Under the pieces are notes generated by a model, which was not told where the DNA came from, searched no databases, and was given only the letters and a program-made list of their open reading frames with translations. From positions 1-18,880 of IMG/VR virus record IMGVR_UViG_2740892422_000003: 18,880 nucleotides of DNA; one strand, given 5' to 3'. The position numbers and the translations under genes are program-made. Of the stretch, positions 7,932 to 15,874 are shown piece by piece. The first letter of the stretch is position 1; each line of letters opens with the position of its first letter. This DNA is from a virus. Its lineage: Duplodnaviria > Heunggongvirae > Uroviricota > Caudoviricetes.

Positions 7932-8150
7932 ATGCTTGTGCAGGATTTGTTTTTGGAAACTATCGCATTGCAGCGGATTGCGTTGTTTACAAGGCTTATA
8001 GCTAAAAGTAATTGCACCGGCTGTGAGAAAGACATAGCACTTGCCTGGCTGAGCGAACTGACTTCAGATCTGGAAAGTAAGCTCGATGAGTATGAGAACA
8101 AAACCCCCAGTAATGGGGGCATTTCAGGCGGCGGGAGTCGCTTTCAGTAG
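7932..8150 (+). CDS. Small LexA-controlled ORF (72 aa), positional analogue of a Tum-like SOS antirepressor
   Basis: ATG at 7932 immediately follows GGGAGG and lies about 20 nt downstream of the LexA box. Translation begins MLVQDLFLETIALQRIALFTRLIAKSNCTGCEKD. Its 3' end overlaps the convergent ogr-like gene by about 27 nt. No sequence similarity to Tum recognised. Confidence 0.35.
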   Translation: MLVQDLFLETIALQRIALFTRLIAKSNCTGCEKDIALAWLSELTSDLESKLDEYENKTPSNGGISGGGSRFQ

Positions 8151-8447
8151 GTCTAATGCCATCTGGCGCTGATCGGGTGAAAGTGCATTCAGTATTTTTT
8201 GCACCATCGCATCACCCGTTTTAGCGCTGGGGCTGAGAGTGTGGGAGAACGTCAGATTCATAACAAACGTATGGCCACACTCAACATCTGAACAGGCGCA
8301 GTAAATATCCGCAATTTGCCGGTGCTTCCTGTTCGTTTTACGAATAACAGCCTTTGAGCCGCATTCCGGGCATTCGATTTTCAGAACTCGCATATTCCAT
8401 GCTCCAGCTGTTAAATGATGCCTGGATTTTAGCCTGTTTCGCCTCAT
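8124..8447 (-). CDS. ogr: Ogr/Delta-family zinc-finger late transcription activator
   Basis: Contains CPECGSKAVIRKTNRKHRQIADIYCACSDVECGHTF, matching the Cys4 pattern of P2 Ogr / 186 B (CPxC ... YxQCxNxxCxxTF). The track start overlaps the portal stop (ATGA); an internal Met (MRVLKIECPECG) directly before the zinc finger is an alternative start. Confidence 0.8.
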   Translation of the reverse strand: MRRNRLKSRHHLTAGAWNMRVLKIECPECGSKAVIRKTNRKHRQIADIYCACSDVECGHTFVMNLTFSHTLSPSAKTGDAMVQKILNALSPDQRQMALDLLKATPAA

Positions 8448-9505
8448 GCCGCACCCTTATCCGTTGATTCTGTGTAACTTAAATCAAAGTTAAGGTGTAG
8501 CCTTTCCGGTATTTCGGGATCGTTGTTAACGGCCAGCATGAAACGGCGCTGGATGGGGGCTATTTCGCTTTTCTTGTAAATGCGTTCAGCCTTTTCAACA
8601 TCCCCCAGTCCGGCAGTGTTCTGCGGGACAATACCGGCGAGGCCAGCAGGGAAACGGTGCGCGTTCAGAATGTCCTGGGCGCTGATGTTTTTGATGTTGG
8701 CAAATTCATCCTTCGCGGAAATATCCCCCATTTCAATGAATTTGATTGCGTCACCGTCTCCACCAGGAATGTTTACAAGGATGGTGGAGAAGTTACCGAT
8801 CCCTTTGCTGTCACGCAGCTGCTGTTCAATTTCTTCCTCCATTTCGTCCGTCATGCTGGGATCGCGGGTATAAAGAATACCGCCAGTGTGCGCACCGTTG
8901 TGGTAATAGCGGCGTCGGAAAATGACCGCTTCACTGTTTAGTAACGCGGAATGCACGCCGCCGATGTAGTCCGGCAGTCCGTAGATATGCTGTTGCGGGT
9001 CATACATTTTGATGAAGATAATATCTTCTTCTGGCCATACCTGCGGTTCTCCTTCCTGTAACACCACGTAGTCACCGGGCTTATCCTGGGCGTTATCTCT
9101 GACTTTGCGGCGGCGAATATACAGACCGGGCAAGGGTTCAAGTGCGATCACGTCGCCCCAGCCGTTACGAATTTTGGCAATTGCAATATCCCCAAAGGTT
9201 ATATAGTCAAACGCTGCCGCTTCCAGCTGGTCGTGAATAAGCCCGCCCCCCTGGTAGTCTGAAACAATCATGTTTTTGCGGGCGTGAATGATGCCGCCGT
9301 GCTGACCGTTAAGATTAATCAGCTGTGCGAGTGCCAGCCGGTCAATCGGCTGGGTGAAGTGATCGGCGGCATTGTCGTACCAGATATCACGATAATCTGT
9401 GCCGGTAGTCAGAACCGGTTCAGGTTTGCCGAATGTGATAATGCTCATCTTTTTTGATTTGTCGCCGCGCTGGTCGCGCTTAACAAAGCGTTTCTTTTTA
9501 CTCAT
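8444..9505 (-). CDS. Capsid portal protein (P2 gpQ-like)
   Basis: 353 aa, same size and position as P2 Q (downstream of and overlapping the terminase gene, divergent from scaffold/capsid genes). Basic N-terminus (MSKKKRFVKRDQRGDKSKK). Confidence 0.8.
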   Translation of the reverse strand: MSKKKRFVKRDQRGDKSKKMSIITFGKPEPVLTTGTDYRDIWYDNAADHFTQPIDRLALAQLINLNGQHGGIIHARKNMIVSDYQGGGLIHDQLEAAAFDYITFGDIAIAKIRNGWGDVIALEPLPGLYIRRRKVRDNAQDKPGDYVVLQEGEPQVWPEEDIIFIKMYDPQQHIYGLPDYIGGVHSALLNSEAVIFRRRYYHNGAHTGGILYTRDPSMTDEMEEEIEQQLRDSKGIGNFSTILVNIPGGDGDAIKFIEMGDISAKDEFANIKNISAQDILNAHRFPAGLAGIVPQNTAGLGDVEKAERIYKKSEIAPIQRRFMLAVNNDPEIPERLHLNFDLSYTESTDKGAA

Positions 9506-11277
9506 GCTGCCTCTTTCCTTACACCCCAGCGGGATTTAGGTTTGTTTTCATAGTTAAGGGGTTCGTTATGCAGACCGTGGGTAATCGCCCAGAACGCCTC
9601 CGCGTGGCCAGTATCCTGGCTGCGGTCAGCGACAAACGTCATGGCGTTGCCGCTTTGTGTGGTGGTTCGGCGCACAGACATAAAGCTGGCCGCGATCTCT
9701 TTCAGGTTTTTATCCCACTCAATACGCTGGCTTTCCACCACGTCCACCGCTTTCAGTACCAGTTGATTTTTAGTGTTCAGGTCGTAACGAATAGGGACGG
9801 CCACGCGCATGGCAAAATGCTGAATGTTGTCAAAAACACCCTGGCCAATGCCGGTAACGTCCACCCCCAGATAAGTGAAGTTGTATTTTTTGAACAACTG
9901 CTCGATCTGTTTTGCCTGATACCGGAAGTTCATGCCTTTCCAGTAAATCACCTTCAGAACGCGGAACTTCTCCACGGCGAGCATCGGTGGAGCGATGATG
10001 ACAAAACAGGACAAATCACCGCTGCGAGCCGGGTCAAAGCCACCCCATACAGGTCTGTCACCGAATGGCCGCGCTGCATCAGGATTGTGATCCTGCCAGG
10101 TGTCGATTTCAACGCCGCAGGCTTCCAGATCGGAAAAGCTGAAAACGGAATCTTTGCTGTCAACGAACACGCACATATAGAGCATGTTAAAAGTGGCGTC
10201 GTTGTAGCGGTTGCGAAGTTTCTCGATGTTCGCCAGGTTGAAACCGCCCGCAATGGCATCTTCCATCGTAATGACGTAGCGCCATTGCCCATCCGGGCAG
10301 AGTCGCCCACCGTCACGCATTTCGTTAAAGGAAGGAAACTTAATGGCCGCACGTTTTTTACTGCCCTGTTTCCACTCATCGCCCGTCCAGAACGGGTACG
10401 CCTGGTGCGTTTTTGCCGATGGCGTTGAAAAATAGGTGGTACGCCACTTGTCATGCGTGGCCATTGCGCTGGCCACTTCGTTAAGTTTTGCAAAGTTTGG
10501 TACCCAGAAATATTCGTCACAGTACAGGTGGCCGCTGTAGGACTGGGCGGTGTTTTTGTTGGTGGAGAGAAAACGCAGTTCTGCGCCGTTGCTTAAGCGG
10601 ATCGGGTTGCCGGTCAGCGTAATACCGAAATACTGCTCTGCAATATTCACGATGTAAGACCGGAACACTTCAGCCTGAGCCTTTGACGCTGACAGAAAGA
10701 TTTGCGGATCGCCGGTCATCACCGCGTTTTCAAACGCTTCAAACGCAAAATACCAGGTTGCACCGATCTGGCGGCTTTTCAGGATGTTCCTGACAAGCTG
10801 GCCAATGTTATTGCGCAGGTGTTTCTGATATTCAAAAAGATGTTCCTCAGCCCATGCGTCAAAGTCCTCCTGCGTCAGCGAGGTAATATCGTTTTTCTTG
10901 TACTTCCGTTTGCTGCGCGGTTCGTCGTCATTGTTGTCCCGTGCAGTTGCTTGCCCGGAACTCTGACCGCTGGCCATTTTCTCTTTATGTTTATTACTCT
11001 GCGCACGCAGTTTGGTGGCATGAGTAATGAGCATGTCCATTTCTTTCAGGTCGAGATCGGTTTTGTTATCGCGGCTGGCCAGCAGCTGGTAACGGCGTTC
11101 AATCGCTTCCTCTGTGCTTTCAAAACTGAGCAAATCCGCCCAGCTGTATTTCTCCGCCCAGTAGTAAACGATCCGCGCATTCGGCAGATTTAATTCAGAT
11201 GCGATTTCCTTTGGCGTATAGCGGCGCAGATAAAGTGCGCGAACAACGCCTTTTAATTCTTCAGAGTATTTAGCCAT
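9502..11277 (-). CDS. Terminase large (ATPase) subunit (P2 gpP-like)
   Basis: 591 aa (P2 P is about 590 aa). Divergent from the scaffold gene across a short control region and followed by the portal gene with a 4-nt overlap, as in the P2 head module. Confidence 0.82.
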   Translation of the reverse strand: MAKYSEELKGVVRALYLRRYTPKEIASELNLPNARIVYYWAEKYSWADLLSFESTEEAIERRYQLLASRDNKTDLDLKEMDMLITHATKLRAQSNKHKEKMASGQSSGQATARDNNDDEPRSKRKYKKNDITSLTQEDFDAWAEEHLFEYQKHLRNNIGQLVRNILKSRQIGATWYFAFEAFENAVMTGDPQIFLSASKAQAEVFRSYIVNIAEQYFGITLTGNPIRLSNGAELRFLSTNKNTAQSYSGHLYCDEYFWVPNFAKLNEVASAMATHDKWRTTYFSTPSAKTHQAYPFWTGDEWKQGSKKRAAIKFPSFNEMRDGGRLCPDGQWRYVITMEDAIAGGFNLANIEKLRNRYNDATFNMLYMCVFVDSKDSVFSFSDLEACGVEIDTWQDHNPDAARPFGDRPVWGGFDPARSGDLSCFVIIAPPMLAVEKFRVLKVIYWKGMNFRYQAKQIEQLFKKYNFTYLGVDVTGIGQGVFDNIQHFAMRVAVPIRYDLNTKNQLVLKAVDVVESQRIEWDKNLKEIAASFMSVRRTTTQSGNAMTFVADRSQDTGHAEAFWAITHGLHNEPLNYENKPKSRWGVRKEAA

Positions 11278-11437
11278 GCGGATAATTATGCCGTGGCTGT
11301 GATGAAAAAACGGTGGTGTTAATTCGTGTCCGTTCGGTAAAGCGTTATAACCGAACTGTTCAGAATAAAGCGTAATGCAGTGGCGGTTTTATTTGGCAAT
11401 AATTGATTTGCAGCGTCAGGGAGTGGAACAGGGGGAT
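11278..11437. promoter_or_regulatory. Divergent late-promoter region between terminase (leftward) and scaffold (rightward) genes, containing a dyad symmetry element
   Basis: Inverted repeat GTTCGGT-N11-ACCGAAC at about 11332-11356, embedded in TGTCCGTTCGG...CCGAACTGTTCAG. It lies between two divergently starting late operons, where P2-type late promoters carry the activator-binding dyad. Confidence 0.5.
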
Positions 11438-12241
11438 ATGTCACATTTAAAAACTGACTGGCTGTGTGTTGCTACTGAAGGGGATACCGTTGACGGCAGG
11501 GTAATTAAACGGCAGTGGATCATTGATATGGGGGAAACCTATGACTATAGCCACTATGTCGCTTTAATCTGGCCAGAACATGAGGATGATTGCGGAAATT
11601 TTGGTGAAGTGCTGGAAGCCACCTGGAATGATGGTGAAGATGGACTGGCACGGTTATATGTCAGCCTTTGCCCGAATATGCGTCTGATTTTCGCAAATCA
11701 TGAAGATCAGCTTTTGTTCTTCTCCATTGAGCCGGAAGAAAACTGGCGCGGTAGCGGGCGTACTTACCTGAAAGGGCTGGCGGTAACAGATACACCTGCC
11801 AGCGTTGGCACCACACGGCTGCGCTTTAGTAGTCGGCGCAATAAATTAACAAAGCAGGGATATTACAGCTGTGTAATTTCCCATGACGGAAAAATTAAAC
11901 AGGAAGCAAGAATGAAGAACTGGCAGAAACTGTTTGGTCTTAAACCAAAGTTTGAAGATGAAACGCCGCAGGATAATCCTGCCCCGGATGAAGATAAATT
12001 ACAGGCGCTTGCCAATGTGGTTAACGATCTGGAAGCGCGTGTGGCGAAAATTGAAACTCAACTGAATGACGTTCAGGGTGATGTTGACACAATCGCTGAA
12101 GTGGTGGATACGCAGGAATTTGCGGCAATTCGCGATAATGCAAAAGAAATCGTAACCCGCTTTAACGATTTGGGTAATAAAAACCCCCGTACACCGGGGC
12201 GTACTATTAAAGATAAAGCCGGGAAATTTAATTTCCTGTAA
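11438..12241 (+). CDS. Capsid scaffolding protein (P2 gpO-like)
   Basis: Internal ATG preceded by AGGGGGA. N-terminal VATEGDTVDGRVIKRQWIIDMGETYD resembles the P2 O N-terminus (GVEGDTCDGRVI...) as I recall it, and YLKGLAVTDTPASVGTTRLRF resembles the conserved gpO protease-like segment. The track ORF begins 63 nt upstream at 11375. Confidence 0.8.
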   Translation: MSHLKTDWLCVATEGDTVDGRVIKRQWIIDMGETYDYSHYVALIWPEHEDDCGNFGEVLEATWNDGEDGLARLYVSLCPNMRLIFANHEDQLLFFSIEPEENWRGSGRTYLKGLAVTDTPASVGTTRLRFSSRRNKLTKQGYYSCVISHDGKIKQEARMKNWQKLFGLKPKFEDETPQDNPAPDEDKLQALANVVNDLEARVAKIETQLNDVQGDVDTIAEVVDTQEFAAIRDNAKEIVTRFNDLGNKNPRTPGRTIKDKAGKFNFL

Positions 12242-12303
12242 TTCGCTTTATTGCTGATTAGTCCAGAACATATTTTTAAATCGCTTAATTGCGAGGGAGT
12301 TTT

Positions 12304-13326
12304 ATGCACCTTAATAATCGTGCGCGGGATTTACTGGATAAATATTCGGCGGGGATGGCGCAGCAGTTTGGTGCGCGTGATACCAGTCGATATTTTTCCC
12401 TGAATGACCCGCAGGAAAATGCGCTGCGTCTTGCGTTGCTGGAATCCGTCGAGTTCCTGAACATGATCACCTGTCTGGATGTTGACCAGCTGAGTGGCCA
12501 GGTGATCTCTGTCGGTTCTTCCGTGCTGCATACCGGCCGCAGCGAAAATGGCCGTTTTATTCGTCAGGTAGGCGTTGACGGTAATGACTATTCCCTGGTT
12601 GAAACAGACAGCTGCGCCGCACTGCGCTGGGATCTGCTTTCTGTCTGGGCAAACGCCGGTAAGGACGAAAACGAATTTTACAACCTGGTACAGGCATTCA
12701 CCACGCAGGCTTTTGCGCTGGACATGTTGCGCATTGGTTTCAATGGTAAGAGCCGGGCGAAAACCACTGATCCGGTAGCAAACCCGAACGGTGAAGATGT
12801 GAACATCGGCTGGCATGAGCGTATGAAAACGCTGCTGGGCGGCAATCAGATTATGACGGATGCCGTGGTGCTTGATGAGGCCGGGGATTACAAGTCACTG
12901 GATGCAATGGCGTCCGATCTGATTAACGCCAAAATCCCGGCGCAGTTCCGCAATGACCCGCGTCTGGTTGTCCTGGTCGGTGCCGATCTGGTCGCTGCTG
13001 AACAGTACCGACTGTATCAGGCGGCAGACCGTCCGACTGAAAAAATTGCTGCGCAGATGCTGGGAAGTACCATTGCTGGCCGTCAGGCCATTATCCCGCC
13101 GTTTATGCCGGGTAAACGCATGGTGGTTACGCCGCTTTCTAACCTGCACATCTACACCCAGCGCAATACCCGTATGCGTAAGGCGGAGTTTGTTGAAGAT
13201 CGTAAGCAGTTCGAAAACAAATACCTGCGCAATGAAGGTTACGCGGTGGAAGTGCCGGAGCTGTATGCGGCCATTGATGAATCCGCAGTGACGATCGGCA
13301 AAGTCTCCGAACCGGTGGAGGGCTGA
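12304..13326 (+). CDS. Major capsid protein (P2 gpN-like)
   Basis: About 340 aa from the ATG preceded by GAGGGAG. Segments FNGKSRAKTTDPVANPNGEDVNIGWHE and GDYKSLDAMASDLIN resemble recalled P2 N sequence. Directly follows the scaffold gene. Confidence 0.85.
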   Translation: MHLNNRARDLLDKYSAGMAQQFGARDTSRYFSLNDPQENALRLALLESVEFLNMITCLDVDQLSGQVISVGSSVLHTGRSENGRFIRQVGVDGNDYSLVETDSCAALRWDLLSVWANAGKDENEFYNLVQAFTTQAFALDMLRIGFNGKSRAKTTDPVANPNGEDVNIGWHERMKTLLGGNQIMTDAVVLDEAGDYKSLDAMASDLINAKIPAQFRNDPRLVVLVGADLVAAEQYRLYQAADRPTEKIAAQMLGSTIAGRQAIIPPFMPGKRMVVTPLSNLHIYTQRNTRMRKAEFVEDRKQFENKYLRNEGYAVEVPELYAAIDESAVTIGKVSEPVEG

Positions 13327-13329
13327 TAA

Positions 13330-15222
13330 ATGGCACTTTCCCCCGCGCAGCGTCACAGCCAGCGCATTGCGATGGAACAAAAGCTGAAACGCAGCCAGGC
13401 ACTGGAAACCACGGAAAGTATGCACCTGCTGATCAGGGCGTTGGAAACAGATGTGGAACACGTTCGAAGTCTGCCTACCATCGCCGATCGCGTCGAGTAT
13501 AAACGCGATGTGCTGTTAATGATGAAACCAGTAAAACGCCTTTACCTTTCAACGGATGAAGTTCACCTGGTGGATGCCAGCCTGGTACTGGAGCTGAACA
13601 GCTGCGGCCGGGGCTTCATCACCGCAGAGACAACAACCGATTACACCGGAAAACTGGTGCGGCTGGATGTGGGGTATACCGATCTGCTTTTGCGCTGGTT
13701 TACGGGGTATGTGGAGCGATCACAGCCCGCAGAAAACGGTTTTCAGCGTCTGTTCATTCGTGAGCTGGCAGGTGTGTTTGAAAGGATGTGGCCGTGTTCG
13801 TTTCAACACCCGACTTTGCGAGAAATTGCGGGCTGGCTGGAAGAAAACAGCGGGATCACAGTCAGTGTGCCTGATGCACAGTACAGCGATACCCCCATCC
13901 CACATTTTACCCATAACGGTACTGGTTATCAGTTGCTGAACAATCTGGGCAGGGCGTTCAGTATCCAGGATTACATCTGGTACCAGTTGCCTGATGGTTC
14001 GCTTTACGTCGGCGGCGCAGAAAAATCATTGTTTGCCGGTCGTCCCGTAGAAATCCCGTCAGAGTTCAGCCAGGGGGCTGCTGGCGGTAACTCTGTGACA
14101 TTACCAGTGATCCAGACTATGCGGCCAGGGGTGGAGATGAACGGTGAACGCGTGACTAAAGTTCACCTGACGAATGACACGATGGCGATCACATGGACGC
14201 CGAGAAACCGCGCAACGGGTAAACCTTTGCAGAAAACACCGGCGCAACGGCAGATTGAAAGCCATTACCCGGAACTGGCATCCGGGCTTCATTTGCCAAA
14301 GATGGCCAGAGTCGTGGCGCATTCAGAGCCAGTAAAAAGCGGTAACTTTGCCGATCCCTTCCGGCCACGTTACGCAGTGGACGTGCAGCTGCTTGACGCA
14401 GACGGAAACCCGGACAATCAGACGCCTGTTTACTCAGCGGTGCCGCTGCCGGTGCCAATGGCCGGGAATGATTCAGGTATGTTTCAGTTCCCGCCAGAAG
14501 GGACGCTGGTTGAGGTTGCATTCACGGGAGGCAGACCGGATAAACCCTTTATCAGGCAGACGCTGCCGGATGGTACCAGCCTGCCGGACGTTAAACCCGG
14601 TGAGCAATTGCAGCAGCAGCGGGAAGAAGTTTCCCAGCGGGTGACTCAGGCAGGAGACTGGGTAAGACAGACCGATCAGACCATCAGTGAAACATCGATG
14701 GTGCGAACGGTAAAGGCCGATACGGAACAGCGCGAACTGGTCAGCCGTGAAACCACGGTGAAAGCCACGGATAAAACTACGGTACTGGGAACCGCCACAC
14801 TGCTGGCCGGAGCTATTCAGCAGGTAAGCGCCGGTGATTATAGCCAGGCGGTGAAAGGTAACAGACTGGCCAGTATTGAAGGAAACGAAGAAACGGACAT
14901 AGCAGGACAGCAGTCCACTAAAGTGGGCGGTGCTGTAGCCGTGGAGGTTGGCGAAAGCCTGACAGAGAAAATTGCCGCACTGCGTAAATCAGTGGCCGCT
15001 GGCGGTCAGCAGGTCATGGGGGCAACTGTCCATATTGGCAGTGAGAGTATCAACGCCCTGACCATGATGCTGGATACCATTGATTTACTGGCAGATCTGG
15101 CGCAGCAATGCGCGAGCCATTCGCACCCCACCGTTGGGACGCCAACCAATGCCGCCGCGTTCACACAGACGGCGACGAAAGCCGGGCAGACCCGGAGCAA
15201 GTACCAGGGGATCATTGCTTAA
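13330..15222 (+). CDS. Chimeric 630-aa protein: small-terminase-like N-terminus (gpM-like) joined to a baseplate central-spike-like C-terminus (gpV/gp5/VgrG-like OB fold plus His-containing apex)
   Basis: Starts 4 nt after the capsid gene stop, with GGAGGG upstream. The N-terminus MALSPAQRHSQRIAMEQ resembles the start of P2 gpM (MTSPAQRH..., from memory). The C-terminal half has an OB-fold spike signature (FQFPPEGTLVEVAFTGGRPDKPFI), a repetitive T/V/K-rich segment (TVKADTEQRELVSRETTVKATDKTTVLGTA) and an HxH element near the end (CASHSHPTVGTP). Confidence 0.6.
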   Translation: MALSPAQRHSQRIAMEQKLKRSQALETTESMHLLIRALETDVEHVRSLPTIADRVEYKRDVLLMMKPVKRLYLSTDEVHLVDASLVLELNSCGRGFITAETTTDYTGKLVRLDVGYTDLLLRWFTGYVERSQPAENGFQRLFIRELAGVFERMWPCSFQHPTLREIAGWLEENSGITVSVPDAQYSDTPIPHFTHNGTGYQLLNNLGRAFSIQDYIWYQLPDGSLYVGGAEKSLFAGRPVEIPSEFSQGAAGGNSVTLPVIQTMRPGVEMNGERVTKVHLTNDTMAITWTPRNRATGKPLQKTPAQRQIESHYPELASGLHLPKMARVVAHSEPVKSGNFADPFRPRYAVDVQLLDADGNPDNQTPVYSAVPLPVPMAGNDSGMFQFPPEGTLVEVAFTGGRPDKPFIRQTLPDGTSLPDVKPGEQLQQQREEVSQRVTQAGDWVRQTDQTISETSMVRTVKADTEQRELVSRETTVKATDKTTVLGTATLLAGAIQQVSAGDYSQAVKGNRLASIEGNEETDIAGQQSTKVGGAVAVEVGESLTEKIAALRKSVAAGGQQVMGATVHIGSESINALTMMLDTIDLLADLAQQCASHSHPTVGTPTNAAAFTQTATKAGQTRSKYQGIIA

Positions 15223-15319
15223 TGCTGGTATTCATGTGATAAGTTGAGACGTTCTGGACTTCCTGATGGCTGTAGCTCTGTTGTTGGGTAGCCCAGAAAA
15301 ATTCGAAATAAAATGGGTA

Positions 15320-15874
15320 TCAAGTAGTGGTAATTGTATGGCTTTTGCGGGTTATATAAACGCTATTGGCGGGTACGTCTCTGTTAACGAATGACATTGC
15401 GCCAATTGTCACGTTATCACCAATGGTTAGATCATCACCGATGATGCACGAATTTGCACCAATCTCCACATTGTCTCCGATCCTGATGGCTTTGATTCCC
15501 TCAACCGTTTTTAATCCAATTGTTGTGTTTTGTCGGATACGCACATTCTTACCAATCACAGCCTGGGGGCAAATGACTATTCCAACGAAATGATAAATTT
15601 TGAATTTTTCCCCTATCTGTGCCCCCAACCCAATATCAGTATTGTATTTTGAAACAAGTCTCCTATGGATTCTTCGCGCCCATTTCACTCTTGCTCTCCC
15701 ACCCTGGCAGTAAAGGCAATTCGCTATTCTCCACCAACACATGAACCTGTATCCGGGCTGTCTCCAGCAACGTAGTATGATTCTTCTCCATGAGAATTTT
15801 TTACTGTTGCTCAGTATGTCCGCGCACAATAACTGCTTCATTTCCTCGTAGTGAGATATTTTGCTGCTGCTCAT
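15320..15874 (-). CDS. Hexapeptide-repeat (left-handed beta-helix) acetyltransferase, WcaB/CysE-like sugar O-acetyltransferase family
   Basis: Tandem hexapeptide repeats (IGKNVRIRQNTTIGLKTVEGIKAIRIGDNVEIGANSCIIGDDLTIGDNVTIGAMSFV) and an N-terminal region similar in pattern to WcaB-type acetyltransferases. Lower GC than the phage core. Start is ambiguous (ATG at 15874 or 15841; the track ORF begins with TTG at 15889). Confidence 0.8.
   Translation of the reverse strand: MSSSKISHYEEMKQLLCADILSNSKKFSWRRIILRCWRQPGYRFMCWWRIANCLYCQGGRARVKWARRIHRRLVSKYNTDIGLGAQIGEKFKIYHFVGIVICPQAVIGKNVRIRQNTTIGLKTVEGIKAIRIGDNVEIGANSCIIGDDLTIGDNVTIGAMSFVNRDVPANSVYITRKSHTITTT

Noticed and set aside
7817-8005. 62-aa ORF beginning exactly at the Rep gene stop
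   Set aside because: It spans the LexA box and promoter elements, has no RBS and gives a Cys/Tyr-rich low-complexity translation. The downstream in-frame ATG at 7932 with GGGAGG is the more credible start for any gene here.
8124-9505. Apparent 1-nt frame inconsistency between my hand-indexing of the displayed bases and the ORF-track coordinates for the ogr-like and portal genes
   Set aside because: Most likely my own counting or transcription error. The ORF track shows uninterrupted ORFs, so no frameshift or pseudogene is claimed. Hand-derived motif coordinates may be off by 1-2 nt.
9568-11193. Several 160-290 aa ORFs on the + strand inside the terminase gene
   Set aside because: All antisense to a gene with strong synteny support; none has a plausible RBS, and they overlap one another.
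12331-13461. ORFs (87-188 aa) antisense to the major capsid gene and the start of the 630-aa ORF
   Set aside because: Antisense to well-supported structural genes; Arg/Cys-rich translations typical of reverse-strand reading of GC-rich coding DNA.
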